From the NCBI GenBank assembly GCA_002348095.1, contig DDYT01000065.1:91526-155525 (forward strand): DNA of 64,000 nucleotides. The letters run 5' to 3'. The notes under the pieces were generated by a model. It saw only the letters and a list, made by a program, of their open reading frames with translations, did no database searches and had not been told where the DNA came from. Made by a program: the position numbers and the translations under genes. This DNA comes from Erysipelotrichaceae bacterium UBA2227 (GTDB lineage: Bacteria > Bacillota_I > Bacilli_A > Erysipelotrichales > Erysipelotrichaceae). Positions 33,832 to 44,350 of the stretch are shown in pieces (position 1 is the first letter of the stretch; the number at the start of each line of letters is the position of its first letter).

Positions 33832-34821
33832 ATGCAAATATCAAATGATCGGTATCTGAAAATCATGTACAATCGTGCAGGGAAAAGCGGGGTTCATCTT
33901 CCGGCGATTTCCATGGGATTATGGCACAATTTTGGAATGAATGAATCCTTCAAGAACATGCGTGAGATGGTAGCGTTTTGTTTTAATCATGGCATCGTGC
34001 ATTTCGATTTAGCAAATAATTACGGTCCTCCGGGAGGTGCTGCCGAAACAAACCTCGGTAAAATCATGCAGATGGACTTAAAATCTTATCGTGACGAACT
34101 TTTGATATCCACCAAGGCCGGATATGGGATGTGGCCAGGACCATATGGTGATTGGGGAAGCAGGAAATACCTTATTTCCAGTTGTGATCAGAGTCTGATG
34201 CGGCTAGGCTTAACCTATGTAGACATCTTTTATCATCATCGCTTTGATCCGCACACGGACTTAAATGAGACAGTCGGTGCTCTTGCTCATCTGGTGCAAC
34301 AGGGGAAGGCGCTTTATATCGGATTATCCAACTATCCGAAAGAACCTCTGCGAGAAGCTGTCGATTTATTAAGAAAACAAAATATTCCGGTCGTACTCGG
34401 ACAATATCGTTACAATATGATGTATCCTCAGTTTGAAACCGAGGGTGTAAAATCAACACTTGAAGAACTTGGAGTAGGTTCGATCGTCTTCAGCCCGTTA
34501 GCTCAAGGTTTGCTGACTGACCGTTATTTTAAGGATATTCCGGAAGATTCGCGGATTAAAAAAGGAACAGGATTCCTAAAAGAGGAAGCTCTGACGCCAA
34601 GACTGAAACAACAACTGTTTGAGTTAAATGAAATCGCTAAGAAGCGCGGACAAACATTGGCTCAAATGGCAGTTGCCTGGTTGATAAACAAAAATGTTAC
34701 ATCTGTTTTGATCGGAGCCAGCAAGGTGGAACAGATTGAGGACAATATTGATGCTTTGAATCATACCCAGTTCACCAAGGATGAGCTGAAAATCATCAGC
34801 GATATACTCAAAAATGACTAA
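33832..34821 (+). CDS. Aldo/keto reductase (Gpr/YghZ-like)
   Basis: ISMGLWHNFG, FDLANNYGPPGG, STKAGY and FSPLAQGLLT. Start at ATG 33832. Confidence 0.92.
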   Translation: MQISNDRYLKIMYNRAGKSGVHLPAISMGLWHNFGMNESFKNMREMVAFCFNHGIVHFDLANNYGPPGGAAETNLGKIMQMDLKSYRDELLISTKAGYGMWPGPYGDWGSRKYLISSCDQSLMRLGLTYVDIFYHHRFDPHTDLNETVGALAHLVQQGKALYIGLSNYPKEPLREAVDLLRKQNIPVVLGQYRYNMMYPQFETEGVKSTLEELGVGSIVFSPLAQGLLTDRYFKDIPEDSRIKKGTGFLKEEALTPRLKQQLFELNEIAKKRGQTLAQMAVAWLINKNVTSVLIGASKVEQIEDNIDALNHTQFTKDELKIISDILKND

Positions 34822-34831
34822 AGATCGTTTC

Positions 34832-35377
34832 TCAACGATCTTTTTTATACATTATCATACGCTCGAATTTGGTTTTTGCCTGTACATATTTAACATTGCA
34901 TGATTCCAGAAGAACTCTAAAGCGATTCTCGGCATTTTTATGATAAGCAGATAGTTCATACTCTAATTCATAATCAGTCACTCCGCCAAACTCGTTTTCA
35001 TCCAGACACCATTCACCATACTCATCTGTATACTTTCTTCGATACGTTTCGGATGTTCCGATGGGAAGAAGCGGGGATGTGATTCCGTGATGTCTAAAGA
35101 AAGATAAAATGATCGGGTCATTAATGTCATCGCTTATAAGAGGACATTCAAACTCATTAAGTCCTTGGTCAGCCGGTGTTTTTAACGTAAACTCGAAGTT
35201 TCCAGCAGCTTCGCGGATGCGACACATCCAATGTCTCTTCTGTAATTCGCCGTTTACGGTATCATAGTATGTATTTTTTTGCAATTTAGGTAATGAAAAC
35301 GGCAATTTCTTAGCGATAATTACAAATTGCTCATGGTTTAGTAAACACTTAAGTTCGATTTCCAAGTTTTCCTTCAT
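34832..35377 (-). CDS. CYTH domain protein (YjbK-like)
   Basis: EIELK, QKNTYYDT, RIRE, TLKTP and DYELEYE; divergent from the NAD kinase gene. Confidence 0.88.
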   Translation of the reverse strand: MKENLEIELKCLLNHEQFVIIAKKLPFSLPKLQKNTYYDTVNGELQKRHWMCRIREAAGNFEFTLKTPADQGLNEFECPLISDDINDPIILSFFRHHGITSPLLPIGTSETYRRKYTDEYGEWCLDENEFGGVTDYELEYELSAYHKNAENRFRVLLESCNVKYVQAKTKFERMIMYKKDR

Positions 35378-35435
35378 GTTCTCAACCTCTCAAGGTTATG
35401 ATACAATAGAGACACATGAAAAGGAAGTGTTTGCC

Positions 35436-36218
35436 ATGGAACGATTCACGGTTGTGACCCGGGAGGACGATACGTCGGTGTCTCTAGGCAGAAAAATCAG
35501 CAATCATTTGACAGCCCGGAATAAGATTTTCGATCAGATTCATCCGGAAATCATTATAAGTGTCGGTGGGGACGGAACGATGTTGCATGCTTTGCATCAG
35601 CATATGCATCAGATTGACAAGGTACATTTTGTGGGAATACACACCGGAACACTCGGGTTCTTTACGGATTATCAGGAGAGCGAACTGGAAACCCTGTTAG
35701 ATGACTTGGTTTTCGGGCAACCGACGACGGAAGAAGTGCAGCTTCTGGAAGTTAAACGTTTCAATGGCGACCGATTTGAGGTCTTATACGCAATAAATGA
35801 GGCAAGGGTTGAGAATATCATCAAAACACAGAGCATCGATGTTTGGATTGATACCGAGTATCTCGAGACCTTCCGAGGCAACGGCTTATGTGTCAGCACA
35901 CAAATCGGATCAACAGCATACAATCGGTCCTTGCGAGGAGCCGTACTGTTGCCATCCATACGTGCCATGCAACTGACAGAAGTAGCAGGTATCCACCACA
36001 AGTTATCACGATCTTTATCAACGTCTTTGGTCATCCCCGAGAATTATCTAATCCGTTTTGAGAGCAAATCATACTATGATTCAATCCTTTGTTATGATCA
36101 TTTACATGTTCGATTGGACGGTGTCGATGCGATCGAGTTTCGATTATGCAAAAAGGCCGCTCGCTTTGCACGCTATCGACCGACCTCTTTTATTAAACGA
36201 TTGAATAACCTATACTGA
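35436..36218 (+). CDS. nadK: NAD kinase
   Basis: SVGGDGTML, GIHTGTLGF, AINE and GSTAYNRS. Confidence 0.92.
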   Translation: MERFTVVTREDDTSVSLGRKISNHLTARNKIFDQIHPEIIISVGGDGTMLHALHQHMHQIDKVHFVGIHTGTLGFFTDYQESELETLLDDLVFGQPTTEEVQLLEVKRFNGDRFEVLYAINEARVENIIKTQSIDVWIDTEYLETFRGNGLCVSTQIGSTAYNRSLRGAVLLPSIRAMQLTEVAGIHHKLSRSLSTSLVIPENYLIRFESKSYYDSILCYDHLHVRLDGVDAIEFRLCKKAARFARYRPTSFIKRLNNLY

Positions 36219-36235
36219 CCCTCGATGAGGGTTTT

Positions 36236-37426
36236 TTAGTGAATGGTTTTATTTTTGATTTCATTACTCATATGATATACGATAGCTAAAGGAATCATAT
36301 AAGATAACAGTGAAGAACCGCCTGCGGATATCATCGGGAGTGTGATTCCGGTGATTGGAAGCAGTCCGACGACCATTCCCATATTTTGAAACTGCTGGAA
36401 GACGAGCATTCCCAAAAGTCCGGCAACCATATATCGTTCTCTAGGGTGCTCATAAGCAAGAGCAATACTTAACAGTTTTAGATCGAGCAAAAGATTCACG
36501 ATAAGTACGCTTGCGGTTCCGAAAAAACCGTAGTTTTTTCCGATAACGGCAAAGATAAAGTCATTTTGAGGCTCAAGCAGTGTAATCAGTACAGCTTCTT
36601 TTCCATGACCGGTCCAACCGGCTGATCCGATGGCTAACATAGCTGTATACAGCTGATTTCCCCAGGTATAAATGTATTTTTCAGTTGCTAACCAACCGTG
36701 GAAGCGATTCAATCGATAGGAGTTTCCCAAAATGCTTGCTAATGTCTCAGGCGATGTCTGATATAGATAGATCGCCCCACCGAATACAATGGCAACCAAC
36801 AGAAATCCGGCCAAAACCCACTGATATTTGATTCCGGATATAGCAAGGATGACCAATATGGTTACGATAATTACAATGGGGATACCGGTATCCGGTTGGA
36901 GAATAATGAGGATCAATGGGGGCAATACGTATTTTGCTACATTGAAAAACAAAATCATATCCGTTTTGAAACTAATGATCGTACGATTGCGATTATGTGC
37001 ATCGACAACGTTCGCAGTGATGATAATCAAGACGATTTTCATAAACTCACTTGGCTGAAGTGTGCCGATTCCCGGAAGGATAATCCAGGCGCGAGTACCA
37101 TTGAGCGGACGGATAAAAGGTAAATTGATGAATCGGTCTAAAAACAGCAAGAACAGTAAAAACATCAATACCCAATAAAACACTTGGACACCTGTAAACA
37201 GCCGATCGATACCAAAAAAAAGCAATCCGGCAAGTAGTAGAAATCCCAGAATAAACCATATTACCTGCTTGAATAAAATATCCTGACCATTGACGGCACT
37301 TGCAGTCAGAGGAATTGCACCTTGAATTGCGACGATGCTGAAAGTTGCCATGATCAACAGCAGAAGGGTCAGAGTTATATCTATCTTGAAAGATTTCTTT
37401 GTCTTTTCCGGTTTTTGAATCGTCAC
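36236..37426 (-). CDS. rodA: SEDS family peptidoglycan polymerase (RodA/FtsW)
   Basis: NGTRAWI, QPSEFMK, QPDTG, NDFIF and PITGITLPMISAGGSS. Confidence 0.85.
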   Translation of the reverse strand: MTIQKPEKTKKSFKIDITLTLLLLIMATFSIVAIQGAIPLTASAVNGQDILFKQVIWFILGFLLLAGLLFFGIDRLFTGVQVFYWVLMFLLFLLFLDRFINLPFIRPLNGTRAWIILPGIGTLQPSEFMKIVLIIITANVVDAHNRNRTIISFKTDMILFFNVAKYVLPPLILIILQPDTGIPIVIIVTILVILAISGIKYQWVLAGFLLVAIVFGGAIYLYQTSPETLASILGNSYRLNRFHGWLATEKYIYTWGNQLYTAMLAIGSAGWTGHGKEAVLITLLEPQNDFIFAVIGKNYGFFGTASVLIVNLLLDLKLLSIALAYEHPRERYMVAGLLGMLVFQQFQNMGMVVGLLPITGITLPMISAGGSSLLSYMIPLAIVYHMSNEIKNKTIH

Positions 37427-37504
37427 TGCAATACTCCTTGATGATTTGCTTCATTCGTTGTGTATAATTAAATATAATGGTATCATAGAATTCGAGGTGA
37501 TTGT

Positions 37505-39124
37505 ATGCGGAGATGGCATTCTTTTCTTGAAATCGTACAATTCCCGCTAAAAACCCTGTTTGTTTCGACAATCTTTATGGGTTTGGGTGGGCTGTTGCTG
37601 AATCCGAATCTGGCAACGATCGTCTCAATCGACAATCGTTGGGTTTTGACATTTGCAGAACTGCTCCGTTACTTTGGCGGAATGATGATTATCCTGTTTC
37701 CGTTATTGGTACTGATCAAAGCCTTATCCAAACGATATGAAGATTCCGTTCCGGTGTACATCGGAATCGTAGGCTATGTCGCTTTACATATTACCACAAT
37801 GTTCTTCTCTTTGGGTAGATTACAACCTTCCGCATACTATCCGGTTTTGGGTATATCTGTTGATTTGGCAGATATATTCCTCCCTGGGAGCGGGATTATC
37901 TATCCCATTCAAACAGGAATCATCTCAGCCGTATATTTAATCAATGTTACTCGATTCTGTTATCATCGCAGCAGAAAAGCAACCGATCACGGATTGCTTC
38001 CGTTTGTTGATAAGGATACTTGGGCTGCAATCGAGGTCATTTTATTCAGTATTCTCGGGGGTATCGGTATCAGTTATTTGTGGCCTTTTTTGCTGCAAGT
38101 CACAGACTTTGTTTTCCGATTTATTGCTTCGGACATAACCAATCCGGTAAATCTGTTCTTTTACGGAGTTACAGAGCGAATTCTTGCTGCGTTAAGCATG
38201 AGCCGACTCATTCGGGAACCCTTTTGGTTTGGTGTTTTCGGCGGTTCATGGATCGACAATATGGGGAATAACTTTCTAGGGGATGTTGCTGTTTGGACAG
38301 CACAAAGGGCTTCAGGCATCTATTCGCTAGGATTTGGCCGATTGATTACACCTTATTATGTGCTAAACATATTCGCTGTACCGGCATTTTTGATTGCTGC
38401 ATATCAAACATTTACGGACAAAATCAACAAACGCAGATACTTTTCATTTTTGCTGTTTGCGATTACTCTCTCGATTTTGTTTGGAACGCTTCTGCCGGTA
38501 GAAATATATATGTTGGTGGCAACCCCGTTGCTCTATGTCATTCATCTGTTTACGACAGGATTGCTGTTTGCTACATTTGAAGCGTTCAGCGTATCAGTAG
38601 GGTATACTTATTCGGGTCTTGAGTTAGTTGCAACGCCTGCAAGCCTGATAGATTTGGCTATATTCTGGCGCAATCCGATGATGCAACGCAGCCTGACGAT
38701 TATTTTACTGGTAGGAGCAGTGATGTTTATCTTCTACTATTTTGTGACACGCACGTATTATCGCAAAATTGCAGTAGATGCCATGAACATTGGAATAAAG
38801 GAAAAACAGATTCAAGCAATCATCGAGGCTTTTGGCGGGCTGAATAATATGAGAATGGCACATTCGTCACCGAATCGACTGACGATTCTTCCGTATGATA
38901 AATCATTGGTTGATTTCAAACGGGTTCATCTTGTCGGATTATATAAAATAGTAGAAACTCGAGCAGGATATTCCATGGCTTTCGGTTCTTGTTCCTACAT
39001 GCTTCGAAGTGATTTGGTCCGAAGGATGAGACAGCAGCAACGACAGTTACTCGATAACACACAAGCATTTGAAATCATCACGGATGAGATGTTAGCTCAA
39101 TCATCTGAGCAGAAACCTAAGTAG
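37505..39124 (+). CDS. PTS glucose-family EIICB-like membrane protein with degenerate catalytic motifs
   Basis: Multi-helix EIIC-like region (ERIL, PFWF, P.E), then EIIB-like IIEAFGGLNN...NRL. Catalytic Cys absent (see findings). Confidence 0.75.
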   Translation: MRRWHSFLEIVQFPLKTLFVSTIFMGLGGLLLNPNLATIVSIDNRWVLTFAELLRYFGGMMIILFPLLVLIKALSKRYEDSVPVYIGIVGYVALHITTMFFSLGRLQPSAYYPVLGISVDLADIFLPGSGIIYPIQTGIISAVYLINVTRFCYHRSRKATDHGLLPFVDKDTWAAIEVILFSILGGIGISYLWPFLLQVTDFVFRFIASDITNPVNLFFYGVTERILAALSMSRLIREPFWFGVFGGSWIDNMGNNFLGDVAVWTAQRASGIYSLGFGRLITPYYVLNIFAVPAFLIAAYQTFTDKINKRRYFSFLLFAITLSILFGTLLPVEIYMLVATPLLYVIHLFTTGLLFATFEAFSVSVGYTYSGLELVATPASLIDLAIFWRNPMMQRSLTIILLVGAVMFIFYYFVTRTYYRKIAVDAMNIGIKEKQIQAIIEAFGGLNNMRMAHSSPNRLTILPYDKSLVDFKRVHLVGLYKIVETRAGYSMAFGSCSYMLRSDLVRRMRQQQRQLLDNTQAFEIITDEMLAQSSEQKPK

Positions 39125-39150
39125 AGCGCTTCTCGGAGCGTTCTTTTTTT
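39123..39150 (+). terminator. Intrinsic terminator after the PTS-like gene
   Basis: AGAGCGCTTC/GGAGCGTTCT stem followed by a U-run. Confidence 0.7.
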
Positions 39151-39180
39151 GTGATATAATAGGAACGATTGAGGTGTCCT

Positions 39181-41712
39181 ATGGAAAAACTTACCCCAAT
39201 GATGAAGCAGTATTTCGATGTTAAGAATAACTATCCAGACGCATTGTTGTTCTACCGCCTTGGAGATTTTTATGAGTTATTTTACGAGGATGCAAAACTC
39301 GTTTCTTTAGAGTGCGACTTAGTCCTGACTGCAAGAGGGTCTGGAAATGATCAAAAAGCTCCGATGTGCGGTGTTCCGCATCATGCAGTAACGCCATATA
39401 TTCAAAAACTGATCAGCAGAGGATATAAAGTGGCTATCGTCGAGCAGTTGGAGGATCCGGCACTAGCAAAAGGCATCGTAAAGCGCGATGTGATCAGAAT
39501 TATCACTCCGGGAACGGTCATGGATGAGAGTGCGGATGAGAAAAGCGAAGTTCTTATTGCAGCAGTCGAAGATGATATTACCGGATATGCAATTGCGGCT
39601 TGTGAAATGGCAAGTGGAAAAACGATCCTCAGAAGGATCGAGCATTCTCGATTCGAATTGATTCAATACTGTTTGAGAAATAATGTTCGTGAGATCGTTT
39701 TCCATTCTCAGATTCAAGAGCGTGTATTGAAGCGGATCCGCGAGATACCAAATCTTATGATCTCATTCTGTGACCAAGAGCAAATCGATGTTTTTTATCA
39801 GCCCTTGGTTGAGCATGTCCATCGGGATTCGTTAAAAACAGCCTACGGTCGTCTGATCAATTATCTGCAGTCCACGCAGTTTAAAACACTGACACATTTG
39901 CAAAGAGCAGAAATCGACGATACTCAGACGTATTGTGAATTAGATTTTTCGACCATATCCAATCTGGAGTTGCTTACGCCACTTCGGCCCAATGGAAAGA
40001 CTCAGACTTTGTTCAATTATTTGGACCGATGCAAAAGTGCCATGGGAAGTCGGCTGTTGAAAAGCTGGATTGAAAAGCCGCTGATTGATATGCAGGAAAT
40101 AAGCTTACGTCAAAATCAAGTGCAGTCGTTTGTTAAGGATTTCATATTGAAGGATCAGCTGATTCAACATTGCAAAGGCATCTATGATTTACAACGGATT
40201 TGCGCAAAAATTGCTTTTAAAAGTGCGGTTCCGCAAGATTTGGTAAGACTGATGCGTTCATTACGCCAAATAGGTCCGATGAAGGAGTCATTGAAAGGTT
40301 TAGACCCCTATCAATGGGTTGTAAAGATAGATCCGCTGGTTGATCTGTTGGCTTTACTTGAAACCCGGTTATCTGAAGAAGTACCGGCGACAGCGAAAGA
40401 AGGCGGTATTTTTATCGATGGATTTCATGAAACGTTGGATCATTATCGTGAAGTCATGACCGGAGGAAGCCGCTGGTTGTTGAATTTTGAGATTCGCGAG
40501 AAGGAGCGCACCGGAATCAAGAACCTGAAAGTCGGGTATAATCGTGTATTTGGCTATTATATTGAAATTTCCAAAGGAAATGCATCTCTTGTCAAAGATG
40601 ATTTTGGTTATATTCGCAAACAGACACTGACCAACGGTGAGCGATACATCAGCGAAGAGTTGAAAAGCAAAGAGGATGAATTGCTGCATGCCAAAGAGAG
40701 AGCCATTCGGCTTGAAGAAGAGTTGTTTAATACACTGATTGATGAAGTATCAGTTTTTCTGCCTAAGATTCAAGTTGTGGCAAACTTTGCTGCGCACATC
40801 GATGCCTTATGTGCGTTGGCTGAAATCAGCAGTCAAAGTGGTTTTGTCTTACCGAAACTGAATCAAAACCGATTGATTCATATTGAGGAAGGAAAACACC
40901 CCTTGCTGTCCATGTCACAGCTGAATCATGAGGTTGTATCAAATTCCTTGGAAATGAATGAAGAAGATGTCGTCTTTGTTCTTACCGGACCCAATATGGG
41001 GGGAAAAAGTACCTACATGAGGCAAATCGCACTTACGGCAATCATGGCACAAATGGGTTGCTATGTTCTGGCAAAAAAGGCATCTTTGCCGATCTTTGAT
41101 CGGATTTTTACCCGAATGGGCGCGAGTGATGATATATTGGGCGGTAAATCGACGTTTATGGTTGAAATGAACGAAGCCAATGCAGCCCTACAAAAGGCGA
41201 CATCCTCATCACTGATTTTGTTTGATGAAATTGGAAGAGGGACTTCAACCTATGACGGTATGGCTTTGGCGCAGGCAATCATTGAATACATTGCGACAAT
41301 AACAAAAGCTAAAACAATTTTTTCCACACATTATCACGAACTGACTGCATTAGCGGATTCATTGGTCGGGGTATCCAATGTGTTTGTTCAGGTATATGAG
41401 AAAGATGAGGAAATAACATTTTTATACCGGGTAAAGCGCGGTAAAGCTGATAAATCTTATGGGATCAACGTTGCACGATTAGCGCATCTTCCGGATGCGG
41501 TCATTCACCGTGCCAAAGACTTGCTGAAACAACTGGAAAGTCGTCGCAGAGTCGTACAACAGTCCATGGATGTCGTAGAGATCATTCATGTACCCAAACA
41601 TTTAGAAGAAATCCAAACGATTTTAAGTTCCTTACCCATTGATTCGATTACTCCTTTACAAGCGCTGACATTGCTTGATGAGCTCAAAGAAAAGTCAAAA
41701 GGAGGTAAGTAA
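39181..41712 (+). CDS. mutS: DNA mismatch repair protein MutS
   Basis: TPMMKQY, GDFYELF, TGPNMGGKST, STFMVEM and DEIGRGT. Confidence 0.97.
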   Translation: MEKLTPMMKQYFDVKNNYPDALLFYRLGDFYELFYEDAKLVSLECDLVLTARGSGNDQKAPMCGVPHHAVTPYIQKLISRGYKVAIVEQLEDPALAKGIVKRDVIRIITPGTVMDESADEKSEVLIAAVEDDITGYAIAACEMASGKTILRRIEHSRFELIQYCLRNNVREIVFHSQIQERVLKRIREIPNLMISFCDQEQIDVFYQPLVEHVHRDSLKTAYGRLINYLQSTQFKTLTHLQRAEIDDTQTYCELDFSTISNLELLTPLRPNGKTQTLFNYLDRCKSAMGSRLLKSWIEKPLIDMQEISLRQNQVQSFVKDFILKDQLIQHCKGIYDLQRICAKIAFKSAVPQDLVRLMRSLRQIGPMKESLKGLDPYQWVVKIDPLVDLLALLETRLSEEVPATAKEGGIFIDGFHETLDHYREVMTGGSRWLLNFEIREKERTGIKNLKVGYNRVFGYYIEISKGNASLVKDDFGYIRKQTLTNGERYISEELKSKEDELLHAKERAIRLEEELFNTLIDEVSVFLPKIQVVANFAAHIDALCALAEISSQSGFVLPKLNQNRLIHIEEGKHPLLSMSQLNHEVVSNSLEMNEEDVVFVLTGPNMGGKSTYMRQIALTAIMAQMGCYVLAKKASLPIFDRIFTRMGASDDILGGKSTFMVEMNEANAALQKATSSSLILFDEIGRGTSTYDGMALAQAIIEYIATITKAKTIFSTHYHELTALADSLVGVSNVFVQVYEKDEEITFLYRVKRGKADKSYGINVARLAHLPDAVIHRAKDLLKQLESRRRVVQQSMDVVEIIHVPKHLEEIQTILSSLPIDSITPLQALTLLDELKEKSKGGK

Positions 41713-43451
41713 TGGGAATCATACGAAAATTAGATGATCATCTTACCAATATGATTGCAGCTGGAGAAGTTGTAGAGCGGCCTATGGGCGTGGTCAAGGA
41801 ACTGATTGAAAATGCGCTCGATGCACAGGCAAACCGAATTGAGGTTCGGATTACGGAAGGCGGATTAGGTTCAATCGTTGTTATTGATAATGGAATTGGC
41901 ATGGACCCTCAAGATGCCAGCCGGGCTTTTGAGCGACACTCCACAAGCAAAATCAAAGAAACCCAAGATTTATGGTCAATATCTACCTTAGGATTTCGCG
42001 GAGAGGCATTACCTTCCATCGCATCGGTTTCTCGCGTCGTATGTTTGACTAATGATGGGAATGCAGCCACACGGGTTGAAATCCATTTCGGTAAGTTGGT
42101 CAGCGTAGTGCCTTATGCCAGCCCGCTCGGAACACAAATCTCGGTGGAGGGATTATTTCTAAAAACACCTGCCCGACTTAAACATATGAAAAATGTTCAA
42201 TATGAAACGGCGATGATCGTTGATGTCGTTGAGAAGTTCTCCTTGTGTTATCCGGATATTGCTTTTGTTTTGGTATGTGATCAGAAAACCGTCGTTCAAA
42301 CCAATGGCAGCGGATCACTGAAAGAAGTGATTTTCCGTAAATACGGAACAGATGTAGCCAGACATGTGATCGAGTTTTCGCGTTCAAGTTATGATTTTAC
42401 GCTTTCCGGAGCAATCGTTTTACCCCATGTTTCACGATCTTCGCGTAATGACATGATTTGGTTTGCGAATCGACGGTTAATCCGATCGGTTCGGCTTCAG
42501 CGTGCGGTCATGCAGGCATACAGAGATTATCTTGCTGAGGATCGGTATCCCATCGTAGTATTAAATCTGACGATGGATCATCAGCTGGTAGATGTAAATG
42601 TACATCCGTCTAAATGGGAAATACGATTGTCGAAAGAACAACAGGCGGAAATATTCATTACAGATACGATTTCTGATGTCTTAAACCAAAATATGAGCCC
42701 GGTTGAAGTTCGTGATCATGTACTACGGTTACCGACACAGGAAATTTTAACATTTTTCCCACAGCAAAACGAAGCGATAATGACTGTCTCGGATGATTTG
42801 AGCCCATACAACGGGAAAATGGTAAGCGAAGTTCTTTCTGAAAATAAAGGCGAAGAAAAGAAAAATGTGTCAAATGCATTTTTAGAGATGACAGCATTGG
42901 CACAATTGCATCAAAAATATATATTGGCGCAAGCAGAGGCAGGCCTCTATGTTCTGGATCAGCATGCGGCCATGGAAAGAATCAGATATGAGCATTTTCA
43001 AAAGCAGTTAAACCAGGATAATCAGAGTATGCAGCCATTGTTGATTCCGGTGATTATCGAAGGAAGAAAAAAAACGTTAATGCGATTTGAAGAACTGTCA
43101 AAAATGTTGTCTGCCGTGAAAATTGATATCGAACTTTTTTCGGAATCTCAAATAATTATCCGTCAATTGCCGGTATGGATGAGTGATATCGATGCTCAGG
43201 CAGCCATTGAGGACTTATTTGATGCCTTTGAAGAGGATCGATGGAAAGATGAAGAAACATTACGGAAGTCTGCCCTGGCATCCATGGCCTGTCATAGTTC
43301 AGTTCGCTTCAATCAAAATCTGAGCAAAGAGCAGATGCAAAGTATTATTGATGGATTGGGGCAGTGTCAGCAACCATATCATTGTCCTCACGGCCGTCCG
43401 ACATTTGTATTGATTGATGCGCAGCGCCTACTAAAGGAGTTTAACCGATGA
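41712..43451 (+). CDS. mutL: DNA mismatch repair endonuclease MutL
   Basis: IAAGEVVERP, GFRGEAL, DVNVHPSK, DQHAAMER and CPHGRP. Confidence 0.97.
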   Translation: MGIIRKLDDHLTNMIAAGEVVERPMGVVKELIENALDAQANRIEVRITEGGLGSIVVIDNGIGMDPQDASRAFERHSTSKIKETQDLWSISTLGFRGEALPSIASVSRVVCLTNDGNAATRVEIHFGKLVSVVPYASPLGTQISVEGLFLKTPARLKHMKNVQYETAMIVDVVEKFSLCYPDIAFVLVCDQKTVVQTNGSGSLKEVIFRKYGTDVARHVIEFSRSSYDFTLSGAIVLPHVSRSSRNDMIWFANRRLIRSVRLQRAVMQAYRDYLAEDRYPIVVLNLTMDHQLVDVNVHPSKWEIRLSKEQQAEIFITDTISDVLNQNMSPVEVRDHVLRLPTQEILTFFPQQNEAIMTVSDDLSPYNGKMVSEVLSENKGEEKKNVSNAFLEMTALAQLHQKYILAQAEAGLYVLDQHAAMERIRYEHFQKQLNQDNQSMQPLLIPVIIEGRKKTLMRFEELSKMLSAVKIDIELFSESQIIIRQLPVWMSDIDAQAAIEDLFDAFEEDRWKDEETLRKSALASMACHSSVRFNQNLSKEQMQSIIDGLGQCQQPYHCPHGRPTFVLIDAQRLLKEFNR

Positions 43452-44350
43452 AGAAGGTTTTGGTTATTGCCGGAGTGACCGGAGTGGGAAAAAGCAACCT
43501 GGGGATTGAACTGGCAAAACGATATAACGGAGAAATCATCAGTGGTGACTCGGTAGCTGTCTACAAAGAACTAACGATCGGAAGCGCAAAAATGCGTGAT
43601 CATGAGATGGAAGGCATCGTTCATCACGGAATTGATTTGCTAGCCCTTAATCAGACGTTTAACGTACGTGATTTTCAAAGTTATGCCCGAGGGAAAATTG
43701 ATGAAATCACGGAAAAAGGGAAATTGCCGATTGTTGTGGGTGGCAGCGGGCTGTATATCCGTGCATTACTTTATGATTATGTTTTTGTTGATGAACAGCC
43801 TGCGGATATGAGTTGGGCTGAATCATTGAGCAATGAAGAGATTCACGAGCTGTTAAGAAAAAAAGATTCGCAACAAGCTGAAATCATACACACTAATAAT
43901 CGCAAACGTTTGTTACGTGCTCTGTCCATCTTCCATTCAACTCAGCAAAGCAAGACAGAATTGTTATCACAACAAAAACATCAGATGATTTTCGATGCGA
44001 AGATCGTTGCTTGTACGATGCCGCGTGAACTTCTTTATCAGCGGCTGAATCAACGTGTTGAAAATATGATTGAGAACGGATTACTTGATGAAGTAAGGGC
44101 AGCCGCAAATATCGCCGGATGGGATCATCCGGCGATGCTTGCGATCGGCTATAAAGAGTTTAGAAATTATTTTGATGGCAGTATAACGCTAGAAGATGCA
44201 ATTTCATTGGTACAGCGCAATACTCGTAGATTTGCGAAGCGTCAAATCACATGGTTCAAGCATCAGCTTCCATGCCGTTGGCTGGATATGAGTGATTTGC
44301 ATGACGTTAATCAGACAATCAGTGAGGTAAAAGAATGGATGAGTCGTTAG
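43448..44350 (+). CDS. miaA: tRNA dimethylallyltransferase
   Basis: AGVTGVGKS, IISGDS, VGGSGLY, AIGYKE and TRRFAKRQITW. Confidence 0.95.
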   Translation: MKKVLVIAGVTGVGKSNLGIELAKRYNGEIISGDSVAVYKELTIGSAKMRDHEMEGIVHHGIDLLALNQTFNVRDFQSYARGKIDEITEKGKLPIVVGGSGLYIRALLYDYVFVDEQPADMSWAESLSNEEIHELLRKKDSQQAEIIHTNNRKRLLRALSIFHSTQQSKTELLSQQKHQMIFDAKIVACTMPRELLYQRLNQRVENMIENGLLDEVRAAANIAGWDHPAMLAIGYKEFRNYFDGSITLEDAISLVQRNTRRFAKRQITWFKHQLPCRWLDMSDLHDVNQTISEVKEWMSR

